NCBI GenBank assembly: GCA_964016885.1 | Contig: OZ024746.1 | Location: 74,028,001 to 74,092,000, forward strand | Direction: 5' to 3' | From: Eledone cirrhosa | Taxonomy: Eukaryota | DNA length: 64,000 bases | Shown: piece after piece, positions 31,800-47,868 of the stretch | Numbering within the stretch: position 1 is the stretch's first letter | Layout of the letters: each line of letters opens with the position of its first letter | Notes under the pieces: generated by a model | What the model saw: only the letters and a program-made list of their open reading frames with translations | Told to the model about the DNA's origin: nothing | Databases searched by the model: none | Program-made: the position numbers and the translations under genes

Positions 31800-34411
31800 G
31801 TATTAAAAAGTAACTAAAAATTGGCATGAGTATAATATCACAAGCAAATATTTTTCAAAACTGGATTTATACTAAATTATTAGCTATATAAATATAGTTA
31901 TATAAAAATGGAAGGATTTAAAAACAAATATAAAAGAATGAGATTTAGGAATTCACAGCATTTCATTAAAAATCTCTCACATAGCGTAGTTGATCCAATG
32001 AAAACGTATCGTAGAGATATGTTTACATGAAACTAACAATAAATTTGTTGTATGTATGTGTGAGAAACTTATGCTTCGATCGCTTCGACATTTGCTTTTA
32101 TTAGGTTATATATTCCTGTATGTTCCTTGGCTATACAAACTCTGTCAATCAATCAAATTCTCGTAACAGGTGCAGCCGTTATCGAGCTTTGACTGTTTGT
32201 CGATATATAGTATTTCAATGCGTTATAGACATGTTTAGCAGTGTCCATCTGTTCTCCAAGCGCCCAGTATCTCCCCAGATTTACTCTGCCAAGGGACTCG
32301 CGGCCGAAAGTAAGGCTGGTGAGAACCAGTTTTTCCATCCATACCTAAAGATGCCGCTGCCAGAGATTATAGTATTCTGTCTAGGATCCCATTAATTGTA
32401 AATTAAGCGAAGTAATTTACTCATTAATTACACCTCGGTATGTCCGTTTCCAGGATTAAGAACATGATAACTATAAAATATATATCAAACTTGAAAGTCC
32501 GGAATGTCTTAAGCTATATAAATTAAATTTAGCGATATAGATTAACAAAGTCTGGAAATGAAGGCATGCTGTTATCAAAGTGACAAAACATTTTTAGAAA
32601 TATCCTTTTATTCCACATTTGGTAAATTACGCGAAAATGGGGGTTTTAAAGAAAATAAATTTTTCTTTATATCAATCCCTTTTTGTCTAATAAAATTTTG
32701 AAAATAAATGGATTATCAACAAGTAAAAATCCCTTTTAATTACATTAGCATATTTAAATATACGTTTACATACATCATAATTAATAACGACATATGTTTA
32801 AAATGTTGCCAAGAAATCTATAGACTGCAATTTCTAAAAATATTAGTTATTATTTAAATATTAATATAGAATAGCTCTGATATAAATATCGACATAAAAA
32901 AGAGAATATTTATGTCTAAAGTGCAAACTAAAGCGATAGTTAACAGCTTGATATAAGAAATGAGATATGGTTAATATTCAATGCAATTTTATACAGAAAA
33001 TATAGGATCACGAGTAAAATCATAAAATACACAGAATTTAAAATATAATAGGAAGTACTTTGAGAGAATCAAAGTGTGAACAAAATGTTCTATAAGGTAA
33101 AGTAATGTCACATGCAATAGAGTGCATATGCACATATGCATAGAGGTGTGCGTGCATTGCTCGTGTATCTGAGACATTGCAATTAATATACACAGAAACA
33201 TCCTGGATCGTAACTTAAACGATATCGAATACATCACAAAAAGGATATATAAAGGCGCACATGGTTGATTAATGTTTTTCTCCGCTGGTGAGTTTCTTCA
33301 AGATATTGATACATATTTGTTGTTGTGAGCATTCTTAAAAAATGTTTAATAGCAACACTTACACAAGAGAACGAGTTGCCCATTGGAGAATTTTCCTCTA
33401 TTCAGTTGCTTCGTAAATAGTCACACAGCAACACAACTAATGAAGAAGCTATTTGCATGACCTCTCTCCATTCAGTTCAGACGTACTCAGTACGTTAGTC
33501 TCATTTTATCAATCGAACTTTTTACCACTTAACACATCCTCAATTTAAGATATCATTTAATAGATTCATGTGAGAACTGAGATATTCCTGAATGCCCAGG
33601 TTATCTTCGCAACAGTTGATTATCACAAAGCAATGAGAATATCAGCTACATCGAATGTAGACGTGTGAGTGTACCTGCATCATACGCTATAAAGTTCGTC
33701 TACATTCCACATATTAATCACACCCATATACACGCACGCTAACATTCACATATACGTTCACTCTTATTGGCGTTTTTCGGTATCGAGAATTCGATTCCAT
33801 AGAATATATATTTATATTTATATTAAATTTTATTTGTTCTGTGATTACTGCATAAACCTTTTTTTTTTTCTTTTGCAAATTATAATGCTGAACATGGTTT
33901 CTGGATTACTCGTTATCATTCTACTTCCTTTCGAAGTCGTATAATTCTGACAAACCCCCATTGTAAGGTGTATGTTTGTATAGATTTCTCTTTATTTGTG
34001 TACGTTTATGTTTAGAGTGCAACTAAAACAATCTTTAAAAAACCCTGAATATTAATGCATATGGACGAGCGACTTTGGAGAAGTACCCTCTAACATAGCA
34101 TTTCTTGACCAGCGAACGACTACTTTATCGTATGACCTGAAAGTAACGTTAATGATGGTGATGAAAAGGGTAATGATGATGATGCTTATAAGAACAAGGT
34201 TCTATATTTTGTTAATTGTTTAGTCGTGGTGGTGGTGGCGGGTGGTGGGGTGTTTCAAAGCTCGGGACTCTTTTCAGAGCCTCAGAAGCCGGTTTATATA
34301 TTTTCAAAACCGCATATTTGGTCCGAATGTGTACAGTAGAGTGGACTCCACTACAGAAATTTAATGTTCAAGTGGTGTATTTAAACTGGTTGACAAATTA
34401 AATTTATCTCT

Positions 34412-34452
34412 TACAACTAGCTTTGAATACATTGTATTCAAAGCTAGTTGTA
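34412..34452. repeat. Perfect hairpin, 20-bp arms, 1-nt loop
   Basis: TACAACTAGCTTTGAATACA-T-TGTATTCAAAGCTAGTTGTA. Confidence 0.9.
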
Positions 34453-35031
34453 TTCAATACAACAACTAGAACTTATGCGGAATGAATCCCGATACTCTAA
34501 ACATTTCGTCAATACACTTGTACTATTTTATCGACCCTCGAAATGAGGGAGGGGATTTAAAGAGACCGAATATCCGAAAAAATTAATGCAATTCCTTTTG
34601 TTTTTTAATTCTACAAATACAGAACGAAACAACGTTGGTAATGATTAAGAAAATATAATAGTCATGAAAACATCAGAGAATACGACATGTGGCACCAGGA
34701 AATAATTTTTGTAAATGTCATGTGGTTCACTCATTTGACAAATTTTAGAAAGTTCTGGTATTGAGTCAACACTTTCCTTTTGACTTTAGTAGAGTCACGT
34801 AAAAGCTACATGCAATATATAACCTACCAGATTTACTATGGCTTTATCGCTTGATGTAAAAGAAATCGGTTCGGTAATCTTCCCCTGTCAACTGAACGAT
34901 GAAGGAGAAGAAATTTATTACATTTAGAGCTATATGCATAAATACATGCTTATCGATAGACACAAACACACAGAAACATATGACTACGCCCGCACATATA
35001 TATCAATATCTTTGTGAATACATCCCCCTAC

Positions 35032-35082
<51 letters not shown>

Positions 35083-35131
35083 CATACATACATATACATA
35101 TATATACATATATATATATACACACACACAC

Positions 35132-35164
<33 letters not shown>

Positions 35165-35713
35165 TATACACATACATACATATACATATATATACATATA
35201 TATATATACACACACATATATATATATATATGTATGTATATATATATATACATATACATACATATCTCAAAGTTTCTCCGAATGTATTTATATGAGTTTG
35301 CAAGTAAATATGCATCTATTTATTTACTTATAGATAGAAGATAGATGTATAGCATCGTCTGTCAGTTTTGACGATGAACAGTGGATCAAACACAGAATGA
35401 GTGTTCAACTAATACATATACAATTAACGTAATTCTCAGAAGAAGTGACGGTTTAGAGCCTGTGACTAGGCTGGTATTTGAATAAGAGAGAGACACTCCA
35501 TCTGAATGGGATTTCGTGTTGTTGTAATCTGCCATGTAACAAGATATAGATGGAACAGAAGCTAATGTAAACCACATATAATAAAGGCGCCTGGGAGGGT
35601 TTCGAAACCTAGACTTATTATTACGAAATGAACTTCTTAATCATGCACAAACGTACAAAGACAAACACGGTTCCTACCATATATATATATGGGTAAATAC
35701 AAACACACATACG

Positions 35714-35842
<129 letters not shown>

Positions 35843-35918
35843 CTATATATACATATACGCATAGAAATTCCTCTCTCTCTCTGTATACAAATGTGTATGT
35901 TTACACTTTCACTGCGTG

Positions 35919-35985
<67 letters not shown>

Positions 35986-36399
35986 GCGCATACACACATC
36001 AACATATATATATAAATAACGAAAGGGGGGAGAGAAGAGGGGAGAGGCTGAGGGAGAGAGTAAACACATATGAATTAATACATACTACTGCATAGCGAAT
36101 TAATCTTAGTATCTCTAACGAAGGTTAGATCGATGGTGGAAATGTATTTTAGGCGTGCAAATATAAATATCAATAGATCTTAAGAGAGCTGTACAAGGTT
36201 TCTCATGTTAGATTGTGTTTTGATAGTTTCTAAATTCTCAATCTGAGTCATTCGTTAAGCACTTTTTAATGCCAGCATGCAACGTCACTGAATAATGAAT
36301 ATATTCCTATAAAAATATGCACATATGTGCATGTGAACATGAATTGGCATGTATATATATATATGCATATATATATATATATCCTTATATATCCTTATG

Positions 36400-36458
<59 letters not shown>

Positions 36459-36825
36459 TTATATCAAGATTTAAAAGACATACTCTAAGAACAATTACAC
36501 AACGTTTTATCAGTTTTAAGCTTGTGAGAAAAGGGAAAAGAAGAAAACCTCAACGTATCAGACGTTAGTCTTTCACCGGCAAAGAGTAATTTAGGAGAAA
36601 AATGAGGTAGGAAGGTAAGAGGAGATGGGGATTTATTGGGATAGATAAGTTGGGCAGAAATGTGTAAGTATAATTATTCCTATAAACGAGTAGGTGCGCA
36701 GAAATGTTGTGCGAGCCTCTAGGTCTATTATTGGTGCTGGTATGTTGTATATGCGTGTTGTTTTCGTTTTTGTTTGTGTATAGGTGTATCTTTGTGAGTG
36801 GTAGCGGCATAAATCAGTTGCGCAA

Positions 36826-36905
36826 ACTACAACCCCCTAAACTCAGGAATACAACATAACACCAGCCGGTGTTATGTTGTATTCCAGAGTTTAGGGGGTT
36901 CTAGT
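36826..36905. repeat. Hairpin with 38-bp arms abutting (TA)n
   Basis: Arms 36826-36863 / 36868-36905, two mismatches, loop AGCC. Confidence 0.9.
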
Positions 36906-36910
36906 ATATA

Positions 36911-36967
<57 letters not shown>

Positions 36968-36968
<1 letters not shown>

Positions 36969-37155
36969 ATTATTAAGGCCAGTTACTACAACGGTGCTAT
37001 ACCAGCTACGTACGTTTCGTTACTTTAGAGAACCATATTTTTCAACCTGTGCCGCTTCATTTTCATTGGCACAGGCTGAACAGGTTCGTGCTCCAGTTTA
37101 AGGAAACGTACGTACCTTGTATAGCGCTATTGTACTTATGCTGTACTAATAATTA
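36968..37155. mobile_element. Degenerate fold-back element with GAAAC-GTAC-GTA half-HHR on both arms
   Basis: TACGTACGTTTC on the left and GAAACGTACGTA on the right, within longer imperfect inverted arms beside a TA tract. Confidence 0.7.
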
Positions 37156-37208
37156 TATTTAAAATTGCCCTACGGACTTGTGTTGTACTATACCTTGGAT
37201 ATAAATGC

Positions 37209-37260
<52 letters not shown>

Positions 37261-37286
37261 GTATATGCTACTATATATACCCCCCC

Positions 37287-37359
<73 letters not shown>

Positions 37360-37790
37360 CATGCATATATACATACATATATATATCCATCTCTACTCGA
37401 AGAGATAATTTCGTCTGACCACATGTTTCTAATAATGATGCATAAAGAAATATTCCACCTGAACATTTAGTTCGTTCATTCATTTTAAATATTCAACTGG
37501 GATCACGCTACGTATGTTGGTAGGTAATTGTTATATCAACCTCCATTAGAATCTGAGAGTTTATTTAGACACAGCACTGATTTCAACTCTGTATTTAAAG
37601 TAACGTTTCAAAAATATTGCAACGTGTATTGTTTACTACGCTGCCTACTTTGCCATGCTCCTTGATGTATGATCATAAACACACAAAACCAAAACACACA
37701 CACACATATATGCATACATACATATATACTTGGTGGCTGCCAACTCGTTTTCGAGTACGGCCACTACTTTATATCCATGTAGGAGAACCC

Positions 37791-37890
37791 CTACCGATGC
37801 GCTGAACGAGTGTGACTTTTTAGTCCAGCCAGCGACTTGAACATTCTGTTACAAACACTACACTTGTGACAATTTTGACACATAGCGGTG
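37791..37890 (-). pseudogene. C2H2-finger fragment, probably the C-terminus of an RTE-type LINE
   Basis: HKCSVCNRMFKSLAGLKSHTRSAH* has CxxC-x12-HxxxH-like spacing and ends at a stop; no supporting gene context. Confidence 0.5.
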
Positions 37891-38268
37891 GGCCCATGGT
37901 ACCATGTGACGAGTGCAGAGAGATCTCCAGATATAAAGCAATGCTTATGCCGTGAAGCTTTTATAGTGAGCAAAGCCAGTCCCACTCTCTTAACTAAGAT
38001 GATATTTACCAAAAAGAAGAACAAGTCAACATCATTGGATACCATCAGGGTTGCAGGTGTTATATCAGAGTTTTCCTTCTCCTAGAATTCTGCCTTGACA
38101 AAGGCTAAGGGGTCATCTCTCCCGGTGATTTTGGATGGCCTTTGACTTAAGAGCTGCTTTTCCCTTTGACAGGTTTTGTTTTTAGTCCTGCAGGATGTCC
38201 AAAGTCACCCTCCTCACCAAGAAACCTTGGTGGCGGTCATGTTACCAGTAGCTCCAACTGGTGACCTG

Positions 38269-38389
<121 letters not shown>

Positions 38390-38472
38390 GGAGGTGAGTT
38401 TTATTGTAGCACAATAAAGCAATGCAAATATCGGATAAGTAGCACTCTACAGTTTGTAGGACTGGAGTATAA

Positions 38473-38644
38473 ATAATATAAGATCAAAAGATGGTTAAAA
38501 GAGTTCCAAGTATTTTATTATGCGCATTTCAAAAACAAATATCACCATGAGGTGATATCTGCATTCTCATGATGATATTTGTTTTTGAAATTCGCATAAT
38601 AAAATACTTGGAACTCTTTTAACCATCTTTTGATCTTATATTAT
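38473..38644. mobile_element. Fold-back element with 79-bp arms
   Basis: Arms 38473-38551 / 38566-38644. GAAA-TGCGC-ATA (or GAAA-TTCGC-ATA) followed by ATAAAA faces outward; abuts (TA)n. Confidence 0.85.
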
Positions 38645-38647
38645 ATA

Positions 38648-38691
<44 letters not shown>

Positions 38692-38723
38692 CAATTAGAA
38701 TTGCAGCTTTTTGTAAACTCTTT

Positions 38724-38810
38724 CCTATTACAATTTCTTTCTATATCGATCAGCTCCAGTTTGATCATGCGATCGCATCCCGACTCATAATCGACACTTC
38801 TTCAGTTATG
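38724..38810 (-). ncRNA. Degenerate type-I hammerhead, family G, long stem II
   Basis: CAUAA-CUGAAGA-A-GUGUCGAU...AUCGAUAU-A-GAAA-GAAAUU-GUA/AUAGG. The sister copy at ~19.07 kb reads GAAACAAAUUGUA/AUAUG. Confidence 0.6.
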
Positions 38811-38836
38811 AGAGTCTACATGGGTGGTCCCATCCA

Positions 38837-38881
<45 letters not shown>

Positions 38882-39144
38882 ATGAGAGAGTGAGGAATGA
38901 CTTCTGGAACTGTTTCATTCGGATGAAATCATCGAGGATGAAACAGTTCTAGTCCTGTAGAAGTTATTTCTATATATAATAAAGATGTCTATACTATATC
39001 ACCCTATAGAGTACCTTCTTTAACTCTGGTTAGCCCCAGGCAGCAATCACGTAGCTACCCCCCCCCCTCCCACACACACACATGTATATGTATACATATA
39101 TATATTTCCACTATACTTACAGTCATACATGAGTGTGTATATGT

Positions 39145-39255
39145 TTAGTGGCAGTGTCGGTGTAGCTTCGCTTTATATTCTAACTCTTTGCACTTTGAGT
39201 TCAAATTCGCTGAGGTCACCTTCACCTCTCATCCTTTTGCAGTCAATAAATAAAT
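39145..39255 (+). mobile_element. Degenerate SINE family 1 fragment
   Basis: GAGTTCAAATTCGCTGAGGTCACCTTCACCTCTCATCCTTTTGCAGTCAATAAATAAAT. Confidence 0.65.
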
Positions 39256-40749
39256 AGGCTGTACAGTGATGGTGGATTGGAGCAATAGTTAAAGAAAGGA
39301 TTAGCTGCTTTGCAATTTGACTCCAAATCCGTCTTCTGCTCGGTATTGTAGGAGCAGATAATATTAGTAATAGAAAGTCTAATGGAAATATAATATTCTT
39401 AGTTCTGTTGATGTTCGGATCGTTTCGTTTTCATTTCCTTTTGAAAATTTGTTTTCAGACTACCGCGATAAATAACCTACTGGTTGTTGAACTTCAGGCA
39501 TTGTAATTTGAGTAAGACGTCGCCGCTGTTTATAATTTGTCAAACAACGATCTGGTGTGATTCTTGTTGTGTTAGGAATAGACACCGTATATAAATATAG
39601 TTCATTTTTGCAAGGGATTCATAATATAAATGGAGCATAACTTTACAAAAGTTCTTACATAAAATTATGATTGAAGGTTTTAATATATGTATAAAGACGT
39701 TGAAATAAACAGCTTCAAATCCTAGAACCCTGGGTGGTTTGAGGCGGTATGGTATCCAAAGATTGATAAGTGTTTATTGTATAAATATATTAAGAAGCAA
39801 TGTTTCGATATGCAGACATAAAATTCTGAATAACATAAAATTCTGCTTGCAACCAGTTAAAAGAGAGTTGAATGTCTCAGTCATGTATTGAAACTGCATT
39901 GAAGACTTAGATGTCTGGATGATTACCGAACATGTATTAGACTCAATTATTGAGCAAAAAAGGAAATGACAAACATAGGACAATGTGTTTTCATCTGTTC
40001 CACGTTTTCCTGATTACCTCTGCATGTAATCGTTTAGAACAAAATATATTTCTTTGACGTCTCTCAAATCATTTAGAGATTAAAGTAAGTCTCATTATCT
40101 CATTGATTTAATTTCATTTCTGAACGCATTTATATAAAAAAAAACAATCTCTAAGTTTTGAAATCGAGTAAACTAAAGGTTGTTGTAAAATATATATACC
40201 GTCAACTGTGATCGAACTTGTATTTAAGACTGCAGATTTTCTTTCCTTATATATCTAATTCAATTAGTGCTAATGCTTATATATATTTAAATGTTATACA
40301 TATTTATATGTGCATATGCATAAAAAAACCCAGAAGATATGCATATATATCTACATAAAAGCATTTATCTACAGAGAGGTACATATAAACCTATTTGTAT
40401 GCATTCGTATATGTATGTATATTTATATACACACACACACAGATATATGTAGTTAACGGTCCTTTATTTACTTAGCTCCACTTCATGCCTCTCTTGTACT
40501 TTTTTTTTGGTTTCTTGCAGAATTAATTCGTTTATGTAAAATCTAAATTTTACCGAGCTTTCTAACATCATTTATTTATTTATTTTATTCATATCTTAAT
40601 TAATTTATTTATTCCTGTAAATTTTTGCTTAATTCTTTTTATACTCATTTACTTTCCAGTTTTGATCTATCTCTCCCTCTCACTTCCCTTTCTATTTTCT
40701 CACCTTAGTTAATCCTCTACTACACAGACAACAAAGACACACATATGCA

Positions 40750-40878
<129 letters not shown>

Positions 40879-40880
40879 AT

Positions 40881-40940
<60 letters not shown>

Positions 40941-41045
40941 GTATGTATACATATATATAAATATATAAATATATATATATATATATAAAAGAGTCAGATT
41001 TATCTATTAATCTATATATATATATATATATTTATATAAATATAC

Positions 41046-41082
<37 letters not shown>

Positions 41083-41347
41083 CATGCAAGCATATTCACA
41101 CACATCATAATCCATGGTGTCTTTCTCTCCAATTTTCTGTTTTCTTTCAAGTAATCATAGAGAAGTTCTAACCCGGTTTCACTCCCACTCCCCCTTCTTT
41201 CCCAAACCAACCGTTATCTCGTGGTAGCTTTTCTTGTTATCGTTTTTCCTTGCACAGAGACACACACACGCGTACATGCTTATATTATGAATTTCTTATC
41301 AATTTATAACCATATACATACATTCATACATACACATATACACGTAC

Positions 41348-41515
<168 letters not shown>

Positions 41516-41516
41516 G

Positions 41517-41628
<112 letters not shown>

Positions 41629-42169
41629 TATATGCATATGTATATATATATATATATATATACATACATATATATATGCATATGTATATATATATATATA
41701 TATATAAATATATAAACATAACGAGATGTAAATATATCTATATATTTATACAAACACACACATATATATATATATCTTTATAAAATATATATAAGTATAT
41801 ATATATATATATAAGTATATATATATATATAAAGAGATAGAGAGAGATAGAGATAGAGAGAGAGAGAGAGACATTGTACATTGGCTATGTAAATATATGT
41901 ACACCCTTAGTGTATTACCTATCTTTACATATAGTAACATATACATATATATCACAACACATACATTTACATCTCCTCATACACTCACTACACACACACA
42001 CACACACATACATACATACATACTCATATATATATTTGCACGAAACCAGGTATCTAGAATCGATACTGTTACCTTATCAACACTTGTATCTCAAGATACA
42101 GTATGGACTTTTATAATCTCTCTAGCATCTTTCCATCAGAAGTTTCTTTTCTTCACTCCATCACAACTA

Positions 42170-42362
<193 letters not shown>

Positions 42363-42779
42363 CAGCATCACCATCACAATTATTACCATCATAAGCATGA
42401 TCAAGTTTTATCATTTCATTACTTATTTTTTTTCTTTTTCCCTCTTCTTCACTCTCTTTCATCCATCTCTCTCTTCTCTCCCCCAACAGTTTTCGCTGAT
42501 AGAATCAAAACTAACAGAAAATAGCTCCTTAATTAAGCTAATCTAATATTCTGGTGGAATTATCGATAAAACTTTAAATTCTGATACCAAAGACGAACAA
42601 GTTATGCAATTACAGCAAAGAGGTATTTTATTTTAATGTTTTTAAAGATCGAAAAACGAGTTGTTTTTCAATAAATCTTTTGCTTCCTTTCTAGCTTTCT
42701 TCATCCTATTATTATTTTTATTTTTATTATATTATGTGTATTACTTTTATTTATTATAACTATTAATAATGTTGATACT

Positions 42780-42835
42780 TTTATTATTATTTTTATTATT
42801 ATTAATAATAATGATATTATTAATTATTATTATTA

Positions 42836-42897
<62 letters not shown>

Positions 42898-42986
42898 GTT
42901 ATTATCGTTGTTTTCCTTAAGTGAATTTTTATTGCTTTTCTTTCTTTCTTTCTTTCTTTCTTCTTCGTCTTCTTTTTATTATTATT

Positions 42987-43054
<68 letters not shown>

Positions 43055-43232
43055 AATCATCATCATCATCATCATCATCACAGTCATCACCATCATTATC
43101 ATCACATTCATCATCACAATCATTATCATTTCCATTATCATCATCACAATCAACATCATTATCGCTTTTGCTAGGTTTCTTCATTATTTTTGTCATCAAT
43201 ATTATAATTGTTATTGAGTTTAAATTGCTGCC

Positions 43233-43263
<31 letters not shown>

Positions 43264-43283
43264 TGCATTTATCTTGCTTTATG

Positions 43284-43336
<53 letters not shown>

Positions 43337-43500
43337 CATTATTATTCATCCTTATCCTCATCATCATCCCCATCATGTTCATCATCACCATCATCATCAT
43401 CAATACTGTCATCATCATCAATACTGTCATCATCATCAATACTGTCATCATCATTATTATCATTGTTATCATTGTTATCATTGTTATCGCTTTGCTTATA
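42780..43500. repeat. (TTA)n/(ATC)n low-complexity arrays
   Basis: Direct inspection. Confidence 0.9.
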
Positions 43501-43833
43501 GTTGGTGTTGTTTTTTGTTGTTATTGTTGCTGTTACTTTTGTTACTGTCGTCGTTATTGCTTATTTGTTGTTGTTCGAATGGATAAACAAATTCTGCATC
43601 CAAGTTATTTGTTTTCTTTTGTTCACAAGAAAAGAGGCTCATAAAATCTTTTGAGAGTTAATACAGCTTTTAGATCCATATCTTGGGTTGCAGCTAAAAA
43701 TCACTTCGCAAATTGGCAGTCATTTTATCTTGAGTGCCTATATATGTTTGTACAAAGCAAACGTTACCAAAGTGTCTAGAAACGTATATATGCATGCACC
43801 TATGTATATACGCATGTTTGTATGTATGAATCT

Positions 43834-43881
<48 letters not shown>

Positions 43882-43884
43882 AGA

Positions 43885-43924
<40 letters not shown>

Positions 43925-43930
43925 AGATTC

Positions 43931-43990
<60 letters not shown>

Positions 43991-44150
43991 TATATATATA
44001 TGTATATATATGTATATATATATATATACCAATAATTGTCTATACATACACATATGTATACACGCACACACTCACACACTCACACACTCACACACACACG
44101 CGCACACACACACATACACACACACACATATATATATATATATATGTGTG

Positions 44151-44181
<31 letters not shown>

Positions 44182-44731
44182 TCTATTGGGATTCTTAAAT
44201 TTCTTTAATTGTTATCCGCTCTTTGTTCCATATGGGGGTCGCATTCCTATAAACGAATTTCTATGATGTGCTCCAAAGCGAATTATCCATCCACGTGGCC
44301 TAGCTTCCGTTGGGAAGTTTATAGAATGCAAGATCAGAAAATTGTGGGTACTTTTGTTCTTCTGCCATTAAATCGCTCAAAATTCTCCACCATATGCATA
44401 TAAATTCGCTGCAGATAATAAGAGATTGGGCTTTATTACAGAGAGACTACGTCATACAACAGCTGTAGCCTGCTGATATCTGTTTTCCCCTATAGTTTGC
44501 TATTGTGGTCCAGTTGTGTAAGTCGAGTCTAGGACGATGGGTGGTCCGCGTTTAATTTTCTGAATTTGGAGGTTGAGTACGGTTTGGTATGGCAGGGATC
44601 ATGGGTATATTTCGGCGTTCCGTTTAGGGTATTTGCTGAGGGTTAGTAGACTGATTGGAGCAATAACGGCCTTATTTACGTATATATATATACTTACGGT
44701 AAACATTGTTGCAATTCAATACATGTAAGAA

Positions 44732-44806
44732 GCTGTCTGATGAGATTATGGCACTGGGTACGAGCAATCGCGTTGCCACTGTCTTCATTGAAATATGTAT
44801 CACAGT
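44732..44806 (+). ncRNA. Type-I hammerhead with irregular stem II
   Basis: GCUGU-CUGAUGA-GAUUAUGGCA...UGCCACUGUCUUCAUU-GAAA-UAUGU-AUC/ACAGU, with AATAAA 6 nt downstream and then (TA)n. Confidence 0.65.
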
Positions 44807-44941
44807 CTTATCAATAAAGAACTTAAAAAAGAAAAAAAAACTGAAACTACTTCGCGTTTTACTTATTATATATATATATTTATATATATATATACATACA
44901 TATATATATAGAAGTGGTAACACAATAGTTAGTTTACCATA

Positions 44942-44981
44942 ACGAGAACAATTGTTTCACCTTAGCGGATCTTCAGCTCGT
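44942..44981 (-). ncRNA. Type-I hammerhead, family F
   Basis: ACGAG-CUGAAGA-UCC(GCUAA)GGU-GAAAC-AAUU-GUU/CUCGU. Helix I is a perfect 5 bp. Lies within inverted-pair element 44911-45098. Confidence 0.75.
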
Positions 44982-45095
44982 AATAGACATGGTTATATAG
45001 AACAGTGAGTGGTGAACTAACTGTTGTGTTACCACATCTACCTAACTCGTCCCATGGACTTAAATGCTCTACCACTACCGATATTACCTTCCACT

Positions 45096-45201
<106 letters not shown>

Positions 45202-45242
45202 CGAAACATAAATCAATTGCATGAACTCATAATCCTTTATTT

Positions 45243-45298
45243 ACTGCTATATATATTTCAATGATAGCCATTGAATGGCTATGACCTCATCAGGCAGT
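45243..45298 (-). ncRNA. Type-I hammerhead, intact core
   Basis: ACUGC-CUGAUGA-GGUCAUAGCCAU(UCA)AUGGCUAUCAUU-GAAA-UAUAU-AUA/GCAGU followed by AAATAAA. The insert lies between TA and CT/CA tracts. Confidence 0.85.
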
Positions 45299-45432
45299 TA
45301 GTCAGTTCTTAGATATGCCAGCTCTGTGTGTATAGTGTTGATGGTATCAGAGCCTTGGGACATATCCCTATCCGCATACTGAAGTACTGGATTTTACCAA
45401 CACTTACTTTCTTGCTTATATCTCTCTCTCTC

Positions 45433-45516
<84 letters not shown>

Positions 45517-46352
45517 AAATTGCAAGTTTGAAGAATTATTAGATAAAATATACACTGTCAATACTCTCCCTAGTCCGCAGAAATCAACCATATAAATAAT
45601 CATTTAAACGAAGCTATAAGTTTAAAATGTAACTATGAAGAAATAATAGACAAATGATACAGACTATTTTCCGTTCTGATTAATAATGATTTGCTTAATT
45701 AAAATTTTTCATTGAGCCACACCGTGAAAGGTAACCCCACTCATAACTGTATCTGTCTAATTATATGTCTAAATATATACATATATCCCTATGAATTTAA
45801 CATATATATAAATATATAAGTGTGTAGTGGGGTGGTGGGGACTATGCGTGTGTGAGAGAGTGCGCGTGCCATCTTGCATCTTCTCACGTCTTCCCTTTCA
45901 ACAGATCCTGTTCCTTTTCTGGTCGGCTGTACTCTTAGATCGCATATTTTTCTCCCTTCATTCTATTCTTATTATCTGGTCGTAAAGGCCAAAAGTAACC
46001 TTCCGTCAACTTTTTCTCACCAATACAATCCGTAAGGTCGACTGGTATTACAAATATTCTCCACGTTTGGTATTCTCGTATTTTCAAATTCCAAATCTTC
46101 CAGCGCTTCGATAATTCGTAAGGTTTGTTTCCATCATTCTACTCTTTAGTCCCAAGCTGTATAGTACAACATCCTAAACAAGACGAATTCGTACACTATT
46201 TTAAAAAACATGGGGTTTGAGTTCTTGTAGGCGTCTCGCACCAATTTTCCGTATTTAGGGATATTCTACGCGAATTTCTCAGCTATTATCTATAGCGAAA
46301 CACAGTTATTCAGTTATTTTCTGCGTTAAGGTCTCTCTCTCTCTCTCTCTCC

Positions 46353-46402
<50 letters not shown>

Positions 46403-47769
46403 TATTCTATCTCTCTCTATCTCTTTATCTCTATCTCTCTATCTCTATCTTTATCTCTCTCATGAACCCCCTCCCCCACATATATATAAATATATATCTG
46501 TGTGTGGAGAGAGAGAGATAGGGGGGGGGGAGAGAAAAAAGGAGGAGAAAGCAGAAGAAAGAAAGGAACAGTGAGAGAAAAAGAAAGATGGGGGGAGAAG
46601 AAGATTGGAAGAATGAATGAAAAAAAGAAAGAAATAGTCGAATAGCTATCTGTAGCCAAAAAGTCAGAAAGATAGGGATATATAATTCTGGAGTCAAATA
46701 TCTAGATACCTAGTTATATACAAAACTCTGAGATACATATCATTAATAGATACATAAAATATTTGCCATGTAATATGATTAATGACTTTCTTGAAGTTAC
46801 TGTATGAGTTGAGTGATACTGTATCGCAAATATCCATAATTTGTGACCCTATGAACACCTAACCGAAGATACCAATATTTCACTTTCCCAAGAGAATAGA
46901 CAGATGCATTAAAATATTTGAAAAGACCGGCTTGCGATGACAGATGTTCTGTAGTTATCAGTAGTATTTTCTTACCGTATCAGGTAGGTCTGCAATAGGA
47001 ATATTTGGGCGTACTGATGAAAAAGAATTACAGCTATACACAATTATGGCAGGAATGTATATATAACCTTCTTTATTCACACATTTGATGAACGTTACAT
47101 TAAGAAAATAATCAAGCAAACATATAATTTTATTACTGGCTTCAGGCCTTGGCATGTGGTCATGCTGGAGCACTAACTACGTGAGTTTTTACTCGATCAC
47201 ATAGAACCTAGTATTTATTTCAGTTTGTGTTTGTTTTGTCGGCACTCTAATTTACTTTGTTTAGACGGGTATGTTGTTAATTTAAGCACAAACAGAGAAA
47301 TACACAAAACCACAGAGAGATAGAGGTTACTGCATCCAAAGTTCATTTATACGATATTTTAGAAAACACATGCCGAATGTGTCTTACAATGGTATCACAG
47401 TCTGAATCTTGCCACTGAGAAGCCTACTGCTTGATAATGATTTAAGACAAAGACTAACAATGGTATTATCGAATTTCTGATATTCGTATGACGAAGTATT
47501 TCTAACAACATTCATTTAAGACACACACACGGACACAGAGACACACACAGGCACAGACACATGCACACACATACACACACACACACAGACACAAACACAC
47601 ACACACACACCCACACCCACACACACACACACACACATATTGCAAATGGAGATTAAGCATGAAAAACTATTCGTTTTGATGTTAAAATCTTTTTTTCCTT
47701 ATGTACTGTACACGTGATATGTATATACATTAAAAAAATACAGGATTTTTTTCAAATCCTTATCATTTT

Positions 47770-47868
<99 letters not shown>

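Noticed and set aside
37791-38045. C2H2 zinc-finger host gene exon
   Set aside because: A single finger with no TGEKP-type linker, ending at a stop, in repeat context; better explained as a LINE C-terminus.
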